The translations under genes were made by a program, and so were the position numbers. A stretch of DNA of 64,000 nucleotides. Source: an uncultured delta proteobacterium (lineage in GTDB: Bacteria; Desulfobacterota; Binatia; UBA9968). Position 1 is the stretch's first letter. Every line of letters starts with the position of its first letter. Positions 39,661 to 50,169 of the stretch are shown here, in pieces. The stretch covers positions 408,835 through 472,834 of the forward strand of contig CAWDMI010000005.1 in the NCBI GenBank assembly GCA_963803415.1. Direction: 5' to 3'. The notes under the pieces are model-generated. The model did no database searches. It worked only from the letters and a program-made list of their open reading frames with translations, and had not been told where the DNA came from.

Positions 39661-39915
39661 ATGACGTTCGAACAAGTTCAGGGATGGTGCCGCGCCAATG
39701 CAGCCGACGCGCGCGGAATTGCGCGCGGCAAAGAGTTTTTTATCCGGCGCAGCGAAACCGCGCTGCCGTTTGATCTCCCGCCGGTCGGCGAAGTTTTTCA
39801 CTGGGACCTCCGGGTGGGAGATAAACACTATCCTACCAGTCCGTCGGATATGGAGAGACTGGTCAGCGGAACAATGAGCCTGGATGTGTTCTCCGGCACA
39901 AGACGTGAAGGCTGA
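39661..39915 (+). CDS. Small hypothetical protein
   Basis: The ORF track gives 39640-39915. The start is uncertain and the SD is weak. No family was recognised. Confidence 0.3.
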   Translation: MTFEQVQGWCRANAADARGIARGKEFFIRRSETALPFDLPPVGEVFHWDLRVGDKHYPTSPSDMERLVSGTMSLDVFSGTRREG

Positions 39916-39980
39916 CGAAGCACGTAAAAACTCAACTACCCACAGCAAGCTGCGGAAAATTGACCCGCTGAGGATACAAA

Positions 39981-40535
39981 ATGGCAGAGAATGACAAAGA
40001 ACTTTGGCAGCAAGGCGAGAGCCTCCTTTTCAAAGCACGCCTGGAACGGCGCAAACAAGATATCGCGCGGCGCAAGGCAGGCCGGAAATCCATCAAGGCC
40101 GAAAACGTCAAATTGGAATGGGAGCCGCAAAACGGGATTTGGATCGGCGGCCTGGTTTCGCAGGAGCTAGGTTTTGACAACCGAGTGATTGAGGTCGACT
40201 GCCATATCTACCCTCCCCACACCCATTCGGTCACCCATAAGCACAATGAAGCGATCATTATTGTTTTGCGGGGCGAAGGATATAGCTTGCTCGACGACGA
40301 GCGCATCGACTGGAAGGCGGGCGATACTCTCTATATCGGCCAGGGGGTATGGCACCAACACTACGTGACGAGTGATGGGCCGGCGATGGTGGTGGCGATC
40401 AAGCCGCTGCCGATCCAGGAGTATCTGGGAGAACTTAATATTGTGTACAAGGGGGACAAGCCCGAGATAAACCGCGAGTACAAGCCGGAATCTTTTGCCA
40501 AAGAGTTCGGCAAAATCAATAAGGAAAAGCGATAA
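39981..40535 (+). CDS. Cupin domain protein
   Basis: 184-aa ORF with the motif HTHSVTHKHNEAIIIVLRGEG and a second one at GQGVWHQH. Confidence 0.7.
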   Translation: MAENDKELWQQGESLLFKARLERRKQDIARRKAGRKSIKAENVKLEWEPQNGIWIGGLVSQELGFDNRVIEVDCHIYPPHTHSVTHKHNEAIIIVLRGEGYSLLDDERIDWKAGDTLYIGQGVWHQHYVTSDGPAMVVAIKPLPIQEYLGELNIVYKGDKPEINREYKPESFAKEFGKINKEKR

Positions 40536-40563
40536 CGAGAGCGCCCGGCGGTCGATTCCGGGC

Positions 40564-41445
40564 CTACGCCTTTTTCGCTTCGACCACCAAAAATCGTCGC
40601 TCGAGCTCCTGCCAATCATCCAGGCCGACGATCTTGTCTCTCTCCTTGAAAGTCGTCAGGGTATTGTCAATGGCCTCCGTTGTCCCTTCTTTCTTGAGCA
40701 CATTGAGAGCGTGGCGCATAGCATGGATCGCGGCCCTTTGTGTTTCGGACGGGTAGATCGCGATCCGATAACCCATCTGCTGCAGGCGTTGGACCGGCAG
40801 CATCGGCGTTTTTCCACCTTTGAATACGTTGACCAGGAGCGGCACATTCGGCAGCGCGCGCGGGATCTCCTCCAGTTCCGCTTCGGACTGCGGGGCTTCA
40901 ACGAAGATCGCGTCGACGCCGAGTTTGGCAAAGCCCCGGCCCCTGTTCAGCGCATCTTCCAACCCGTAAACTCCGCGAGCATCAGTCCGGGCAATGACAC
41001 AAAAATCGGGATCGGTCCGGGCGGCCAGAGCCGCCTCGATCTTTTTCTCCATCTCGACAAGCCCAACGACTTCTTTCCCCTCCAGGTGACCGCAACGCTT
41101 GGGTGTGATCTGGTCTTCGATATGGATCGCCGCTACGCCGGCGCGCTCGAATTCGCGCACCGTCCGCACGAGATTAATGGCGTTGCCGTAACCGGTATCT
41201 GCGTCCGCAATCACCGGGATCTTCACCGCGGCCACAACTTGAGCAGCTCTCTCGATGACTTCGGACATGGTAACCAGCCCGATATCCGGCAAGCCCATAC
41301 TGCGCGCCACCGCGCCGCCACTCAGATACGCGGCTTCAAATCCCGCTTCCTCCACAAGGCGCGCCGACAGACCGTCGAAACATCCGGGTGCAACGAGAAG
41401 CTTGTCGCACTTAAGCAACTGCTTGAACACCTTTCTCTGATTCAT
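40564..41445 (-). CDS. prpB: 2-methylisocitrate lyase (isocitrate lyase/PEP mutase family)
   Basis: The ICL-family signature K-R-C-G-H (PKRCGHLEGK) is present. The gene is the last in the prpC-prpD-prpB co-oriented cluster. Confidence 0.85.
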   Translation of the reverse strand: MNQRKVFKQLLKCDKLLVAPGCFDGLSARLVEEAGFEAAYLSGGAVARSMGLPDIGLVTMSEVIERAAQVVAAVKIPVIADADTGYGNAINLVRTVREFERAGVAAIHIEDQITPKRCGHLEGKEVVGLVEMEKKIEAALAARTDPDFCVIARTDARGVYGLEDALNRGRGFAKLGVDAIFVEAPQSEAELEEIPRALPNVPLLVNVFKGGKTPMLPVQRLQQMGYRIAIYPSETQRAAIHAMRHALNVLKKEGTTEAIDNTLTTFKERDKIVGLDDWQELERRFLVVEAKKA

Positions 41446-41549
41446 ACTCTCTCCCAGCCGAGGCGGCTGACCGTTGGAATAACGGAGTTATTGGACTACT
41501 CGGTTCAATGCGTCACTCCACAACTCCAGTACTGCAGTTTTCAACGGCC

Positions 41550-43001
41550 TCACGAAGTCTCCACCGCGAACATGTCCATAAATTTGCCGATGGGAGTCGA
41601 TTGTAGCAGGTCCGGGTTAAGACACCGCTCCATGATCTCTTTGCAGCGCTCGGGCGGCAGCCGTGACGCCAAGTTGCCCTCAAACTTCTTGACCAACAAA
41701 GGTATGCCCTCAGCTCGTCGCCGCCGGTGACCCAGCGGATACTCCACGGCGACTTTTTTCGTGGCGGAGCCATCCGTAAAAAAAACCTGTACGGCGTTGG
41801 CAATGGAGCGCTTCTCCGGATCGAGATAGTCCTGCGAGTACCGCGCGTTCTCCACAACGACCATTTTATCACGCAACGCATCGATGCGCGGGTCGCGGGC
41901 AACCTCGTCTTGGTAATGATCGGCAGTGAGCTGCCCAAAAAGCAGCGCCACGGCGACCATGTACTGGAGGCAATGATCCCGGTCAGCGGGATTATAGAGC
42001 GGCCCGGATTTGTCAATAATGCGTTTCGCCGACTCCTGCGTGGTAATCACGATCTTTTCGACCTGCTCCACGCGATTTCTAACCTCCTCGTGCAGTTCAA
42101 TCCCGCATTCAACGGCGGTCTGAGCGTGAAACTCCGCCGGGAAGGAAATCTTAAACAGAACGTTTTCCATGACGTATGAAGCCAGCGGTCGCGGCAATGT
42201 AAAACCCTTCCCCCGGAACAGGACATCGTAAAAACCCCATTCCTCGGCGGACAGCGCCGAGGGGTAATCCGGCTCTCCTCGAAGGGCCATGAGCGCGAGG
42301 CGGACGCCGCGGCTGGTCGCGTCGCCCGCAGCCCATGATTTTCGAGGCCCGGTGTTAGGGGCATGGCGATAAACACGCAAGCTCGCGCCGTCGGTCCAGG
42401 CATTCGCAACCGCGCTCACGATCTGCTCTTTGCTCCCGCCCAGCATGGCTGTGCCCACGGCTGCCGTCGCCACGCGGACGAGCACAACGTGATCGAGACC
42501 CACCCGATTGAAGCTGTTCTCGAGCGCTAGCACTCCCTGGATTTCGTGCGCCTTGATCATCGCAACGAGGACAGCGCCGACCGTGAACGGCTCTCGCTTT
42601 CCGGATCTACCGCCACGGCTCATGAAGTCGGCAATGGCTAGAATGCCGCCGAGATTGTCCGACGGATGTCCCCACTCGGCCGCCAGCCACGTATCATTGA
42701 AGTCAAGCCACCGGATCATCGTGCCGATGTTGAAGGCGGCGTGAACCGGTTCGAGTTGCCAGCCGGTACCGGGAACGCGCGCGCCGTTCGCCAGCACAGC
42801 GCCTGCAACGATCGGGCCGAGGCATTTCACGCATTCTGGATAGCGCAAAGCGAGAAGACCGCAGCCCAGCGCATCCATCAGGTCATAGCGAGCGGTCTCC
42901 ATCGCCTCGTTGCTGGTCACAGCATAGCGCGCCGCATAATCGGCGATATCGACCATGATTTTATCCGGCGCCGGCCGAACGTTGGAAGGCGTTTCGCTCA
43001 T
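41550..43001 (-). CDS. prpD: 2-methylcitrate dehydratase
   Basis: 483-aa MmgE/PrpD family protein located between prpC and prpB. Confidence 0.85.
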   Translation of the reverse strand: MSETPSNVRPAPDKIMVDIADYAARYAVTSNEAMETARYDLMDALGCGLLALRYPECVKCLGPIVAGAVLANGARVPGTGWQLEPVHAAFNIGTMIRWLDFNDTWLAAEWGHPSDNLGGILAIADFMSRGGRSGKREPFTVGAVLVAMIKAHEIQGVLALENSFNRVGLDHVVLVRVATAAVGTAMLGGSKEQIVSAVANAWTDGASLRVYRHAPNTGPRKSWAAGDATSRGVRLALMALRGEPDYPSALSAEEWGFYDVLFRGKGFTLPRPLASYVMENVLFKISFPAEFHAQTAVECGIELHEEVRNRVEQVEKIVITTQESAKRIIDKSGPLYNPADRDHCLQYMVAVALLFGQLTADHYQDEVARDPRIDALRDKMVVVENARYSQDYLDPEKRSIANAVQVFFTDGSATKKVAVEYPLGHRRRRAEGIPLLVKKFEGNLASRLPPERCKEIMERCLNPDLLQSTPIGKFMDMFAVETS

Positions 43002-43004
43002 AAG

Positions 43005-44129
43005 CTACCGGTTTGCGATAGGAATGAACGATCGCGGCTCCGGGCCGAAGTAGTCGGCGTTGGGACGGATAAGACGGTTGTCGGCGCGCTGCTCGATGAT
43101 ATGCGCCGCCCAGCCGGTGATGCGCGCGACCACGAAGAGGGGTGTGAACATCGGCGTCGGAATGCCGCAGAAGTGGTAGGCGGTGGCGCCGTAGAAGTCG
43201 AGATTCGGAAATAGCTTTTTCTCCCGCCGCATCACTTGCTCGATGCGCTCGGAGACCGGGTACAACCTTTTGTCACCGTGAGCGTCTGCAAGCTTCTTTG
43301 CCCACGTTTTGATAACGTCGGAGCGCGGATCGGAAACTTTGTAGACGCGATGGCCGAAGCCCATGATGAGTTTCTTCGCAGCGATGAGATCGAGAACTCC
43401 CTTTTCCGCTTCGTCGGGGGTCGTGAACCGTCCGATTAGTTCCATCGCCGCCTCGTTCGCCCCGCCGTGCAGAGGGCCGCGCAGGGCGCCGATCGCGCCG
43501 GTCACGGCCGAGTAAAAATCCGGCAGGGTTGAAATGATCGCACGAGCGGTGAACGTCGAGGCATTAAATTCATGCTCAGCATAGAGAATGAGCGAGACAT
43601 CAACGGCCCGCCGCTGCAGCTCGTCGGCTTTTTTGCCGTGCAACAGGTGAAGAAAGTGCGCTGCCGTGCTGTCATCGTCGGTTTCCAGGTCGATGCGTCT
43701 ACCGCCAGTGACAAAATGGTGCCAGTGGAGCAATATCGAGCTGAAGCAAGCCGTTAAACGATTGGCAACCGCAATTTGATCGCGCCCCGTACCTTCCGGC
43801 TCCAGCGTCCCGAGCATCGAACAGCCCGTGCGCATGACATCCATGGGATGGGTCGATCGAGGTATCTGCTCGAGAATGGTCTTCAGCGGCGCAGGCAGGC
43901 CGCGCAGTCCGGTAAGAGTCTTTTTGTAATTGTTCAGCTCACTTTGACTCGGGAGGCAGCCGTAGATCAACAGGTAGGCTACTTCTTCAAAGGTCGAGTG
44001 CTCCGCGAGATCGTAAATGGAGTAACCGCGGTAACTAAGCCCTTTGCCTTCTTTGCCCACCGTAGCAATGGCTGTGCATCCCGCAATGACTCCGGCAAGC
44101 CCGACCGCCTTGTTCTTCGCCATCTCCAA
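43005..44129 (-). CDS. prpC: 2-methylcitrate synthase (citrate synthase family)
   Basis: 374-aa ORF with citrate-synthase catalytic regions (GFGHRVYK, LFPNLDFYGA). Its stop codon is 4 nt from the prpD start. Confidence 0.85.
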   Translation of the reverse strand: MEMAKNKAVGLAGVIAGCTAIATVGKEGKGLSYRGYSIYDLAEHSTFEEVAYLLIYGCLPSQSELNNYKKTLTGLRGLPAPLKTILEQIPRSTHPMDVMRTGCSMLGTLEPEGTGRDQIAVANRLTACFSSILLHWHHFVTGGRRIDLETDDDSTAAHFLHLLHGKKADELQRRAVDVSLILYAEHEFNASTFTARAIISTLPDFYSAVTGAIGALRGPLHGGANEAAMELIGRFTTPDEAEKGVLDLIAAKKLIMGFGHRVYKVSDPRSDVIKTWAKKLADAHGDKRLYPVSERIEQVMRREKKLFPNLDFYGATAYHFCGIPTPMFTPLFVVARITGWAAHIIEQRADNRLIRPNADYFGPEPRSFIPIANR

Positions 44130-44386
44130 AGTCTCCCCGACGACAGTCTGTACCTATCACCCTATTCATTGCAAGCGACGGGCAGATGCCGACAGGGTCG
44201 CGTCAAAGTCGTGCTGAGCAGGGCTGAAAGCCCCTCTAAATCTCCCTCTACAAAGAGAGATTTCAATGCTCCCCCTTCTCGCTCCGCCATTGTTAATTTG
44301 TTAAGTTTGATAGAACTGACGGTTGCGAATTTCCAGGTAAGTCGCAAAACCAAGAGGATCTTTTTGCCTGATCGTTCATAGCGCCA

Positions 44387-44908
44387 ATGCAAAACCTGAG
44401 ACGAATTAGCCTACTAACAATGTTGGCTCTTTTAACCGCATGCTCGACGACCACCTCATCCGATGTCGCGTATAATTTGGAAGAAGCGGCGCCAAACGCG
44501 AGAGTCAGGGTGAGGCTTGACCCTGCCCTTTTGGAGCTGAAGGAAAACTCCACAGAGCAGCGTTTCCCTTTCGGGCCGAGAAAACGCTCCTACGATATCG
44601 GTCGGGCGCTCAAATATTTTTTTTCCGACGATCGTTTTTCGCCGTTTTCGATCTCTTACGTCGCTTCTACCCTGCAGTGGCACCGCATTGAAAGCGGATC
44701 GCTTGGCAATGATAATTTCGCTGCGGAATATGAACTCACCGTTCTTGTCCAATCGGACCGCGGATTCCGTCAAGCCGTGATTGCGAAAGGAAGCGGCACG
44801 TCGTCGTTGAGTTCAGTCGGCGCTTGTCAAGAAGCGATCGAGAACGCCGTCACGATTCTCTACAAAGAGACGGCTCCTCTAACGGGATTACGGTTAACAT
44901 CGCAATAA
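44387..44908 (+). CDS. Lipoprotein (hypothetical)
   Basis: Signal peptide with lipobox (ALLTAC), 173 aa. Confidence 0.55.
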   Translation: MQNLRRISLLTMLALLTACSTTTSSDVAYNLEEAAPNARVRVRLDPALLELKENSTEQRFPFGPRKRSYDIGRALKYFFSDDRFSPFSISYVASTLQWHRIESGSLGNDNFAAEYELTVLVQSDRGFRQAVIAKGSGTSSLSSVGACQEAIENAVTILYKETAPLTGLRLTSQ

Positions 44909-45059
44909 AAGTTGATTTTTTCGCTCGCCTCCTGGCTCGTATTTTCTATCGCCGCCGGCTCTTGACACGAACCCTTTGATTTATGTACTCGCTTGCTGAG
45001 AAGCTAGAGTCGCCCTTTTTACGGGTGTGCAAGAATCCAAGAGAGCGGGAGTTTTGATC

Positions 45060-46061
45060 ATGCCACTACCAGAGACCTTTAAAGCGCTGGTTGTCAAGGA
45101 AACTGCCGACCAGAAGTTCACCCGCGAGGTGGCGCAGAAACGCTTGAGCGATCTGCCCGCAGGGGATCTTTTGATCGCGGTGAAATATTCCTCGCTGAAC
45201 TACAAGGATGCGCTTTCAGCGACGGGCAATAAAGGCGTGACCCGGAACTATCCTCATATCCCCGGCATTGATGCCGCCGGAATCGTCGCCGAGAGCGGGA
45301 ACCAGAACTTCACGCCCGGCAATCAGGTCATCGTGACCGGATTCGATTTGGGCATGAATACCTCTGGTGGCTTCGGCCAGTATATTCGCATCCCAGCACA
45401 GTGGGCGGTCAAGCTGCCGGAAAATTTGACCCTGAAGGAAAGCATGGCGTATGGCACCGCCGGTTTTACCGCCGCTCTTGCCGTTTGGAAAATGCAGCAG
45501 CACGGGCTCACCAAAGACCATGGGGAGGTTCTGGTCACGGGCGCGACTGGTGGAGTGGGCAGCATCGCTGTAAGCATTCTGGCCGAGTCCGGTTTTAATG
45601 TCGTTGCCGCCACTGGCAAAACGGAGGAAAAGGATTTCCTCACCGGTCTCGGCGCGAGGGAAATCCTTTCCCGAGAAGAAGTTAGTGACAACTCGGGCCG
45701 ACCGCTTTTGAAGGCGCGCTGGGGCGGGGTGGTCGATACGGTCGGTGGTAATATGCTTGCAACCGCTATCAAATCGACCAGACAGGAAGGAGTTGTGGCG
45801 AGTTGCGGTAACGCTTTATCTCCCGATCTTTCTTTGACCGTTTACCCCTTCATTCTAAGGGGCGTTAGCCTGCTGGGAATAAACTCCGTCGAATGTTCGA
45901 TGGCTACGCGGTTGCTCATCTGGAACAAGCTTTCTTCGCAATGGAAAGTGGATTTTTCTCGGGGCCTCATCTCAGAGTGTCCTTTGGAAGAGCTGGACAG
46001 CAAGATCAATTTGATTCTCGCAGGAAAAATCAGGGGCAGGGTCGTTGTGAATCTTGGCTGA
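45060..46061 (+). CDS. acuI: YhdH/AcuI-type acrylyl-CoA reductase (MDR quinone-oxidoreductase family)
   Basis: Start at ATG (MPLPETFKALVV) with an SD gggag. The YhdH/YhfP hallmarks are present (SLNYKDALSATGN, GATGGVGSIAV). Confidence 0.75.
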   Translation: MPLPETFKALVVKETADQKFTREVAQKRLSDLPAGDLLIAVKYSSLNYKDALSATGNKGVTRNYPHIPGIDAAGIVAESGNQNFTPGNQVIVTGFDLGMNTSGGFGQYIRIPAQWAVKLPENLTLKESMAYGTAGFTAALAVWKMQQHGLTKDHGEVLVTGATGGVGSIAVSILAESGFNVVAATGKTEEKDFLTGLGAREILSREEVSDNSGRPLLKARWGGVVDTVGGNMLATAIKSTRQEGVVASCGNALSPDLSLTVYPFILRGVSLLGINSVECSMATRLLIWNKLSSQWKVDFSRGLISECPLEELDSKINLILAGKIRGRVVVNLG

Positions 46062-46070
46062 AGCTGACAA

Positions 46071-48464
46071 ATGTCCACCGAATCTGGCGCCCTCAGCCAC
46101 ATCCGCGTCGTCGAATTGGGCGATATCCCTGCCTCCTACGCGACGCGCCTTCTGGCCGATTTGGGTGCCGATGTTATCAAAATCGAGCCGCCGGGCGGCG
46201 ATCCGAACCGCTGGCTACCTCCATTCGCCGGCGATATCGAAGACCCCGAGCGGAGTCTGACCTTCATCAATGCCAACACAAATAAGAGAAGCATCGTTCT
46301 CGATCCGCAGAATCAGGACAGCGACAGGGAGATCTTTGCTAAGTTGCTTGCCTTCGCCACGCTCTTCTTCGAAGCAACGCCGCTGGGCTATCTGGAAAAG
46401 TTCGGGTTCACCGACGACGGACTGAAGAAAACCAATCCTGCATTAGTGACCGTATCCTTGACGCCTTTTGGACGGACCGGCCTCTATCGCAACTACAAAG
46501 GCAGTGATGCGATTGCCAACGCGTCGGGCGGTTTTCTATTCGGCCAGGGCGACGACACAAAGGGTCAGTGCACGGCGCCTAGCCATCTCGCCTATCAGGT
46601 CGCCGCGTGCGTAGCAGCAACGTTGGCGCTCGCAGGCATGCGGCACGCCAGACTGACTGGAGCAGGGCAGCGCATCGACATCTCTCTTCAGGAAGCGCTC
46701 ACCCTTACCAACAGCAGTGCCGTGGCCCGCTACACCCGCGATAATCGGTTGGAGCGACGGCCGGGAACCAAAGACACCAGCGGCGCGGGTACCAACATCT
46801 ATCGCTGCAAAGACGGGCGCTACGTTCACTTCACGACCAACATGCCGCATATGTGGCGCGAATTCACGCAGAACTGGATGACCGGCTCCGCGCTCGCGGG
46901 CCATGAATGGGAAAATCCGAGACATCGTGCGGTCCACGCGGAAGAAGTGTCCAAGGAGTTTTCCGACTTTATTGCTCAGTTCGCTGCGGATGAGTTTGCC
47001 GAGGAAGCGCAGCGGCGGCATCTTGCCGCGGCTCCGCTCAATACCGTCGGCCAGTTCGTCGCTTGTGAACAGGTTCGTTCACGCCAATGGCTCCAAGAGA
47101 TCGAACATCCTGTGATTGGCCGCTACACCGCGCCGGGGTTTCCCATGAGGCTGTTCCTAACTCCGATGCGCATTCGCCGTCCGGCGCCCCTCTTGGGCCA
47201 GCATCAGAATGAGATCCTCGCGGAACTGGGATCCAATACTCCACACTCCACTACTCCAGGCGTTATCGACGATCGTGCCCGTAAACCCATGCTTGACGGT
47301 CTCCGCGTGGCTGATCTCACGCAACAGTATGCCGGCCCGCTCGGAACAGCTCTTCTGGCTTATTACGGAATGGAGGTTATCAAAATCGAGTCCAGCGTCG
47401 TTCCCAGCAAAGAACGCGAAACATCGGCTCATGCGGACATGAACCGCGCCAAGCTGGGCTGTACGATCAACCTGCGCCATCCTGACGGCAAAGAACTTTT
47501 TAAACAACTTGTCGCCGTTTCCGATGTCGTCGTGGACAATTTCAGCTCGGGTGTTTTGGAACGGCTCGGCTTCAGTTTTGCCGCGCTGCAGGGGATCAAT
47601 CCGCGTATCGTTCAAGCCGTGATGCCGGGTTGGGGGCTAACCGGACCACTCAAGTCGTGGGTCGCCTGGGGCTGGCAGCTTCTCGCGTATACCGGAATCA
47701 TGAGACTCTGGGGCTATCCCGACTCGCCGATGGAGAGCCGCTGCAAGATCGCCTGGCCCGACCGCGTGGGCGCCGCAACCATGACGCTCGGTGTCCTTGC
47801 CGCCCTCGAATACCAGCAACGCACCGGACAAGGACAATTCATCGAAGCCGCCATGCTCGAAGCTCAGGGCGCGATGATCGGACCAGCGATCCTGGATTAT
47901 ACCGTGAACGGCCGCAATTGGGATGCTATGGGTTACCGAGAAGTCTTGGGCAGACCTTATGCGCCTTACGGCTGTTATCCGTGCCGTGGCGCGGACACCT
48001 GGGTCATTATCGCCTGTGCTAGCGATGAAGAATGGCAAAGCATGGTCCGGCTGATCGGCAAATCGTCTTGGGCAGCTGATGAAAATTTCGCGACCAAGAA
48101 AGGTCGCCAGGAACATCAGGGTAACTTAGATCAGCGTCTGTCACAGTGGACACGAACATTGACGCCGCGACAGGTATTTCGGCGGTTGCAAGACGCCGGT
48201 ATCGCCGCCGGCATTCCGATGTCCGGAGAGGATCTTTATTACGACATCCACCTGCGCGAGCGCGGCCATATCGTCGAGACAGAAGCCGAACCCTGGGGCA
48301 AGATGAGCCATCACGGCCTGCCGGGCATTCCATCTTTGTCGGCAGCCAGCGCCGCGCGTCCCGCGCCCTGGATCGGCGCGCACAACGAATTTGTTTTCGG
48401 AAAAATACTGGGATTAAGCACGGAGAGGATTGAGGAGCTGAAAAAGGCTGGGGCTATAAAGTAG
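46071..48464 (+). CDS. Fused tandem family-III CoA-transferase (CaiB/BaiF-type), two domains
   Basis: 797-aa ORF containing two CoA-transferase-III units (N: IRVVELGDIPASYATRLLADLGADVIKIEPPGGDP; C: LRVADLTQQYAGPLGTALLAYYGMEVIKIES). It starts 10 nt after acuI. Confidence 0.8.
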   Translation: MSTESGALSHIRVVELGDIPASYATRLLADLGADVIKIEPPGGDPNRWLPPFAGDIEDPERSLTFINANTNKRSIVLDPQNQDSDREIFAKLLAFATLFFEATPLGYLEKFGFTDDGLKKTNPALVTVSLTPFGRTGLYRNYKGSDAIANASGGFLFGQGDDTKGQCTAPSHLAYQVAACVAATLALAGMRHARLTGAGQRIDISLQEALTLTNSSAVARYTRDNRLERRPGTKDTSGAGTNIYRCKDGRYVHFTTNMPHMWREFTQNWMTGSALAGHEWENPRHRAVHAEEVSKEFSDFIAQFAADEFAEEAQRRHLAAAPLNTVGQFVACEQVRSRQWLQEIEHPVIGRYTAPGFPMRLFLTPMRIRRPAPLLGQHQNEILAELGSNTPHSTTPGVIDDRARKPMLDGLRVADLTQQYAGPLGTALLAYYGMEVIKIESSVVPSKERETSAHADMNRAKLGCTINLRHPDGKELFKQLVAVSDVVVDNFSSGVLERLGFSFAALQGINPRIVQAVMPGWGLTGPLKSWVAWGWQLLAYTGIMRLWGYPDSPMESRCKIAWPDRVGAATMTLGVLAALEYQQRTGQGQFIEAAMLEAQGAMIGPAILDYTVNGRNWDAMGYREVLGRPYAPYGCYPCRGADTWVIIACASDEEWQSMVRLIGKSSWAADENFATKKGRQEHQGNLDQRLSQWTRTLTPRQVFRRLQDAGIAAGIPMSGEDLYYDIHLRERGHIVETEAEPWGKMSHHGLPGIPSLSAASAARPAPWIGAHNEFVFGKILGLSTERIEELKKAGAIK

Positions 48465-48606
48465 TTCGTACACCCCTTTCAACGTCCCAACGGAGACATA
48501 GTATGGGACCCATCGTTTTCGTCATACTCGCTGAAAGAACACAGCTAAGTACTGCAGAATGGGTTGAGCGCAGCGATCAGACCCTGCCCTTCCTTAAATT
48601 AGGTTC

Positions 48607-49197
48607 TCAGCTCCACCACGCGTCCTTAAGCTCGGGGGCTGCCTCCGGATTTTCGCGATCGAATGCCCATTGCGCCGGATTGTTGAGAATGTATTCGCGG
48701 ATGCGACTCAACGATTCTTCATCACGGATGATATGCTCGTAGTAGTTGCGCTGCCACAGTCGGCTGCGAAGCGGAACCCAACGCGACCTCTTTATCCCAC
48801 GCATATATTCGTTCGTCGTCATCGTCTTAAACCATTGTACGATGGCCGGTAGGGGCACACCTACGTGTGTGCCCTGAAGGGCGGCATGTGTGCCCTCCGG
48901 ATGAGGGCCGACACGCAGGCCGGCCCCTACGGCGATCACGACAACACCGTGAAAATGGTTTGGCATGACCACGAATTCGTCGGTCTCAATCGTCGGGAAT
49001 TTATGCTTCAATTCAAACCACCAACGTTCGACCATCTGTCCGGACTCGTTTAACCTTATTGTTCCATTAACGATCTCACCGAACAGACACGCCCGGTCTA
49101 GCGTCACTACGGCAACGAAATAGCCTCCCGATTGGCTGTAGTCATAGCCCTTTAGCCGAAGTGATCTTCGATGGTGTTTATGCCCTTCGTATTTCAT
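48607..49197 (-). CDS. REP-associated tyrosine transposase (RAYT; IS200/IS605-like Y1 transposase)
   Basis: Start at ATG 49197 (MKYEGHKHHRRSLRLKGYDYSQSGGYFVAVVT...). The HUH motif (VVMPNHFHGVV) and the catalytic Tyr region (NYYEHIIRDE) are present. The upstream extension in the ORF track (49644) is not supported. Confidence 0.85.
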   Translation of the reverse strand: MKYEGHKHHRRSLRLKGYDYSQSGGYFVAVVTLDRACLFGEIVNGTIRLNESGQMVERWWFELKHKFPTIETDEFVVMPNHFHGVVVIAVGAGLRVGPHPEGTHAALQGTHVGVPLPAIVQWFKTMTTNEYMRGIKRSRWVPLRSRLWQRNYYEHIIRDEESLSRIREYILNNPAQWAFDRENPEAAPELKDAWWS

Positions 49198-49219
49198 GAA
49201 CCCTACTTTGTGAAATGAT

Positions 49220-49245
49220 GGGCAGGCACGGGGGCCTGCCCCTAC
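49220..49245 (-). repeat. REP-like element: GTAG + 8-bp-stem hairpin (gtag gggcaggc ccccgt gcctgccc on minus strand) abutting the RAYT start and overlapping the ECH stop codon
   Basis: Plus strand reads gggcaggc acgggg gcctgccc ctac, directly from the sequence. It lies 22 nt upstream of the RAYT ATG. Confidence 0.5.
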
Positions 49246-50123
49246 ATCCTTCGTGCTTTCGGTCCAAACGGCTCGGGCCGAAAAGGCGCGTCGCGGGCTG
49301 CAAAAAATGCTTTTAGCCCGCCCTGCTTCCTTGCCTCTTCCATCTTTGTATTGAACTGTTCCTCCTTGGTTAAACGGGCCAATGCGGAAAGTTCTGAGTT
49401 CAATATCCACGCTTTGCGCAAGCCCATCATTTCTAGACCCATCCGCGAAATATGGAGATTGATTTTTACCGTCTCCGGCGGTACCAGGGCGACGCGCTCG
49501 ACAAAAGCAAAACTTTCCTCTAGTAGCTGGTCCCTGGGCACGACTTTGTTGACCAGGCCGATGCGCATAGCTTCTTGAGCATCGATGTGATCGCCGGTGA
49601 GCGAGTAACGCAGCGCATTTTTGAAGCCGGCGAGCATCACCCATATGAAATCGGTCCCGGAGGCATGACGGATTTGCGGTTGGCCGAATACGGCGTCATC
49701 TGCGGCGAAGGTCAGGTGACACGTAAGCGCCAACCACGAAGCGGCGCCGAGGCACCAGCCGCTTACGGCCGCGATAATCGGCTTGGGATATTCCCACCGG
49801 TAAAACTGGCGCTCAAGGAGACCTTTCCTATCGTTGTCACGGATGCGGTCGTATTCGTAAACCAGCGACGAATTCTCCGGAATTCCATATGGCCAGGCTG
49901 TAAGCTGATTATCGCCGCTTATATCTTCTCCCGTGGAAAACACCCCGCCCGCACCGGCTAGAACAACGGCACGGATCTCCGGATCTTTTTTCGCCGCTTC
50001 AAACGCGGAATCTAGCTCGTCCCACGATTCGTCGCTTAACGCGTTCAGAACGCTAGGACGGTTGAGCGTAATTTGCACTCCGCGGCGCTTCTTTTCGTAA
50101 AGAATGGTTTTATAACTCGCCAT
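49242..50123 (-). CDS. Enoyl-CoA hydratase/isomerase (crotonase) family, copy A
   Basis: Start at ATG 50123 (MASYKTILYEKKRRGVQITLNRP) with an SD aggaga. A crotonase fold is present. The ORF-track extension to 50297 is upstream read-through. Confidence 0.8.
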   Translation of the reverse strand: MASYKTILYEKKRRGVQITLNRPSVLNALSDESWDELDSAFEAAKKDPEIRAVVLAGAGGVFSTGEDISGDNQLTAWPYGIPENSSLVYEYDRIRDNDRKGLLERQFYRWEYPKPIIAAVSGWCLGAASWLALTCHLTFAADDAVFGQPQIRHASGTDFIWVMLAGFKNALRYSLTGDHIDAQEAMRIGLVNKVVPRDQLLEESFAFVERVALVPPETVKINLHISRMGLEMMGLRKAWILNSELSALARLTKEEQFNTKMEEARKQGGLKAFFAARDAPFRPEPFGPKARRM

Positions 50124-50169
50124 GTAGTCTCCTGCTGCTTTGTTCTTTCTCGTTTTTACTTTTGAATTT

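Noticed and set aside
49198-49241. REP-like hairpin interpreted as a simple rho-independent terminator of the ECH gene
   Set aside because: No U-run follows it on the transcribed strand. The GTAG-plus-hairpin layout next to a RAYT fits a REP better. A terminator role is not excluded.
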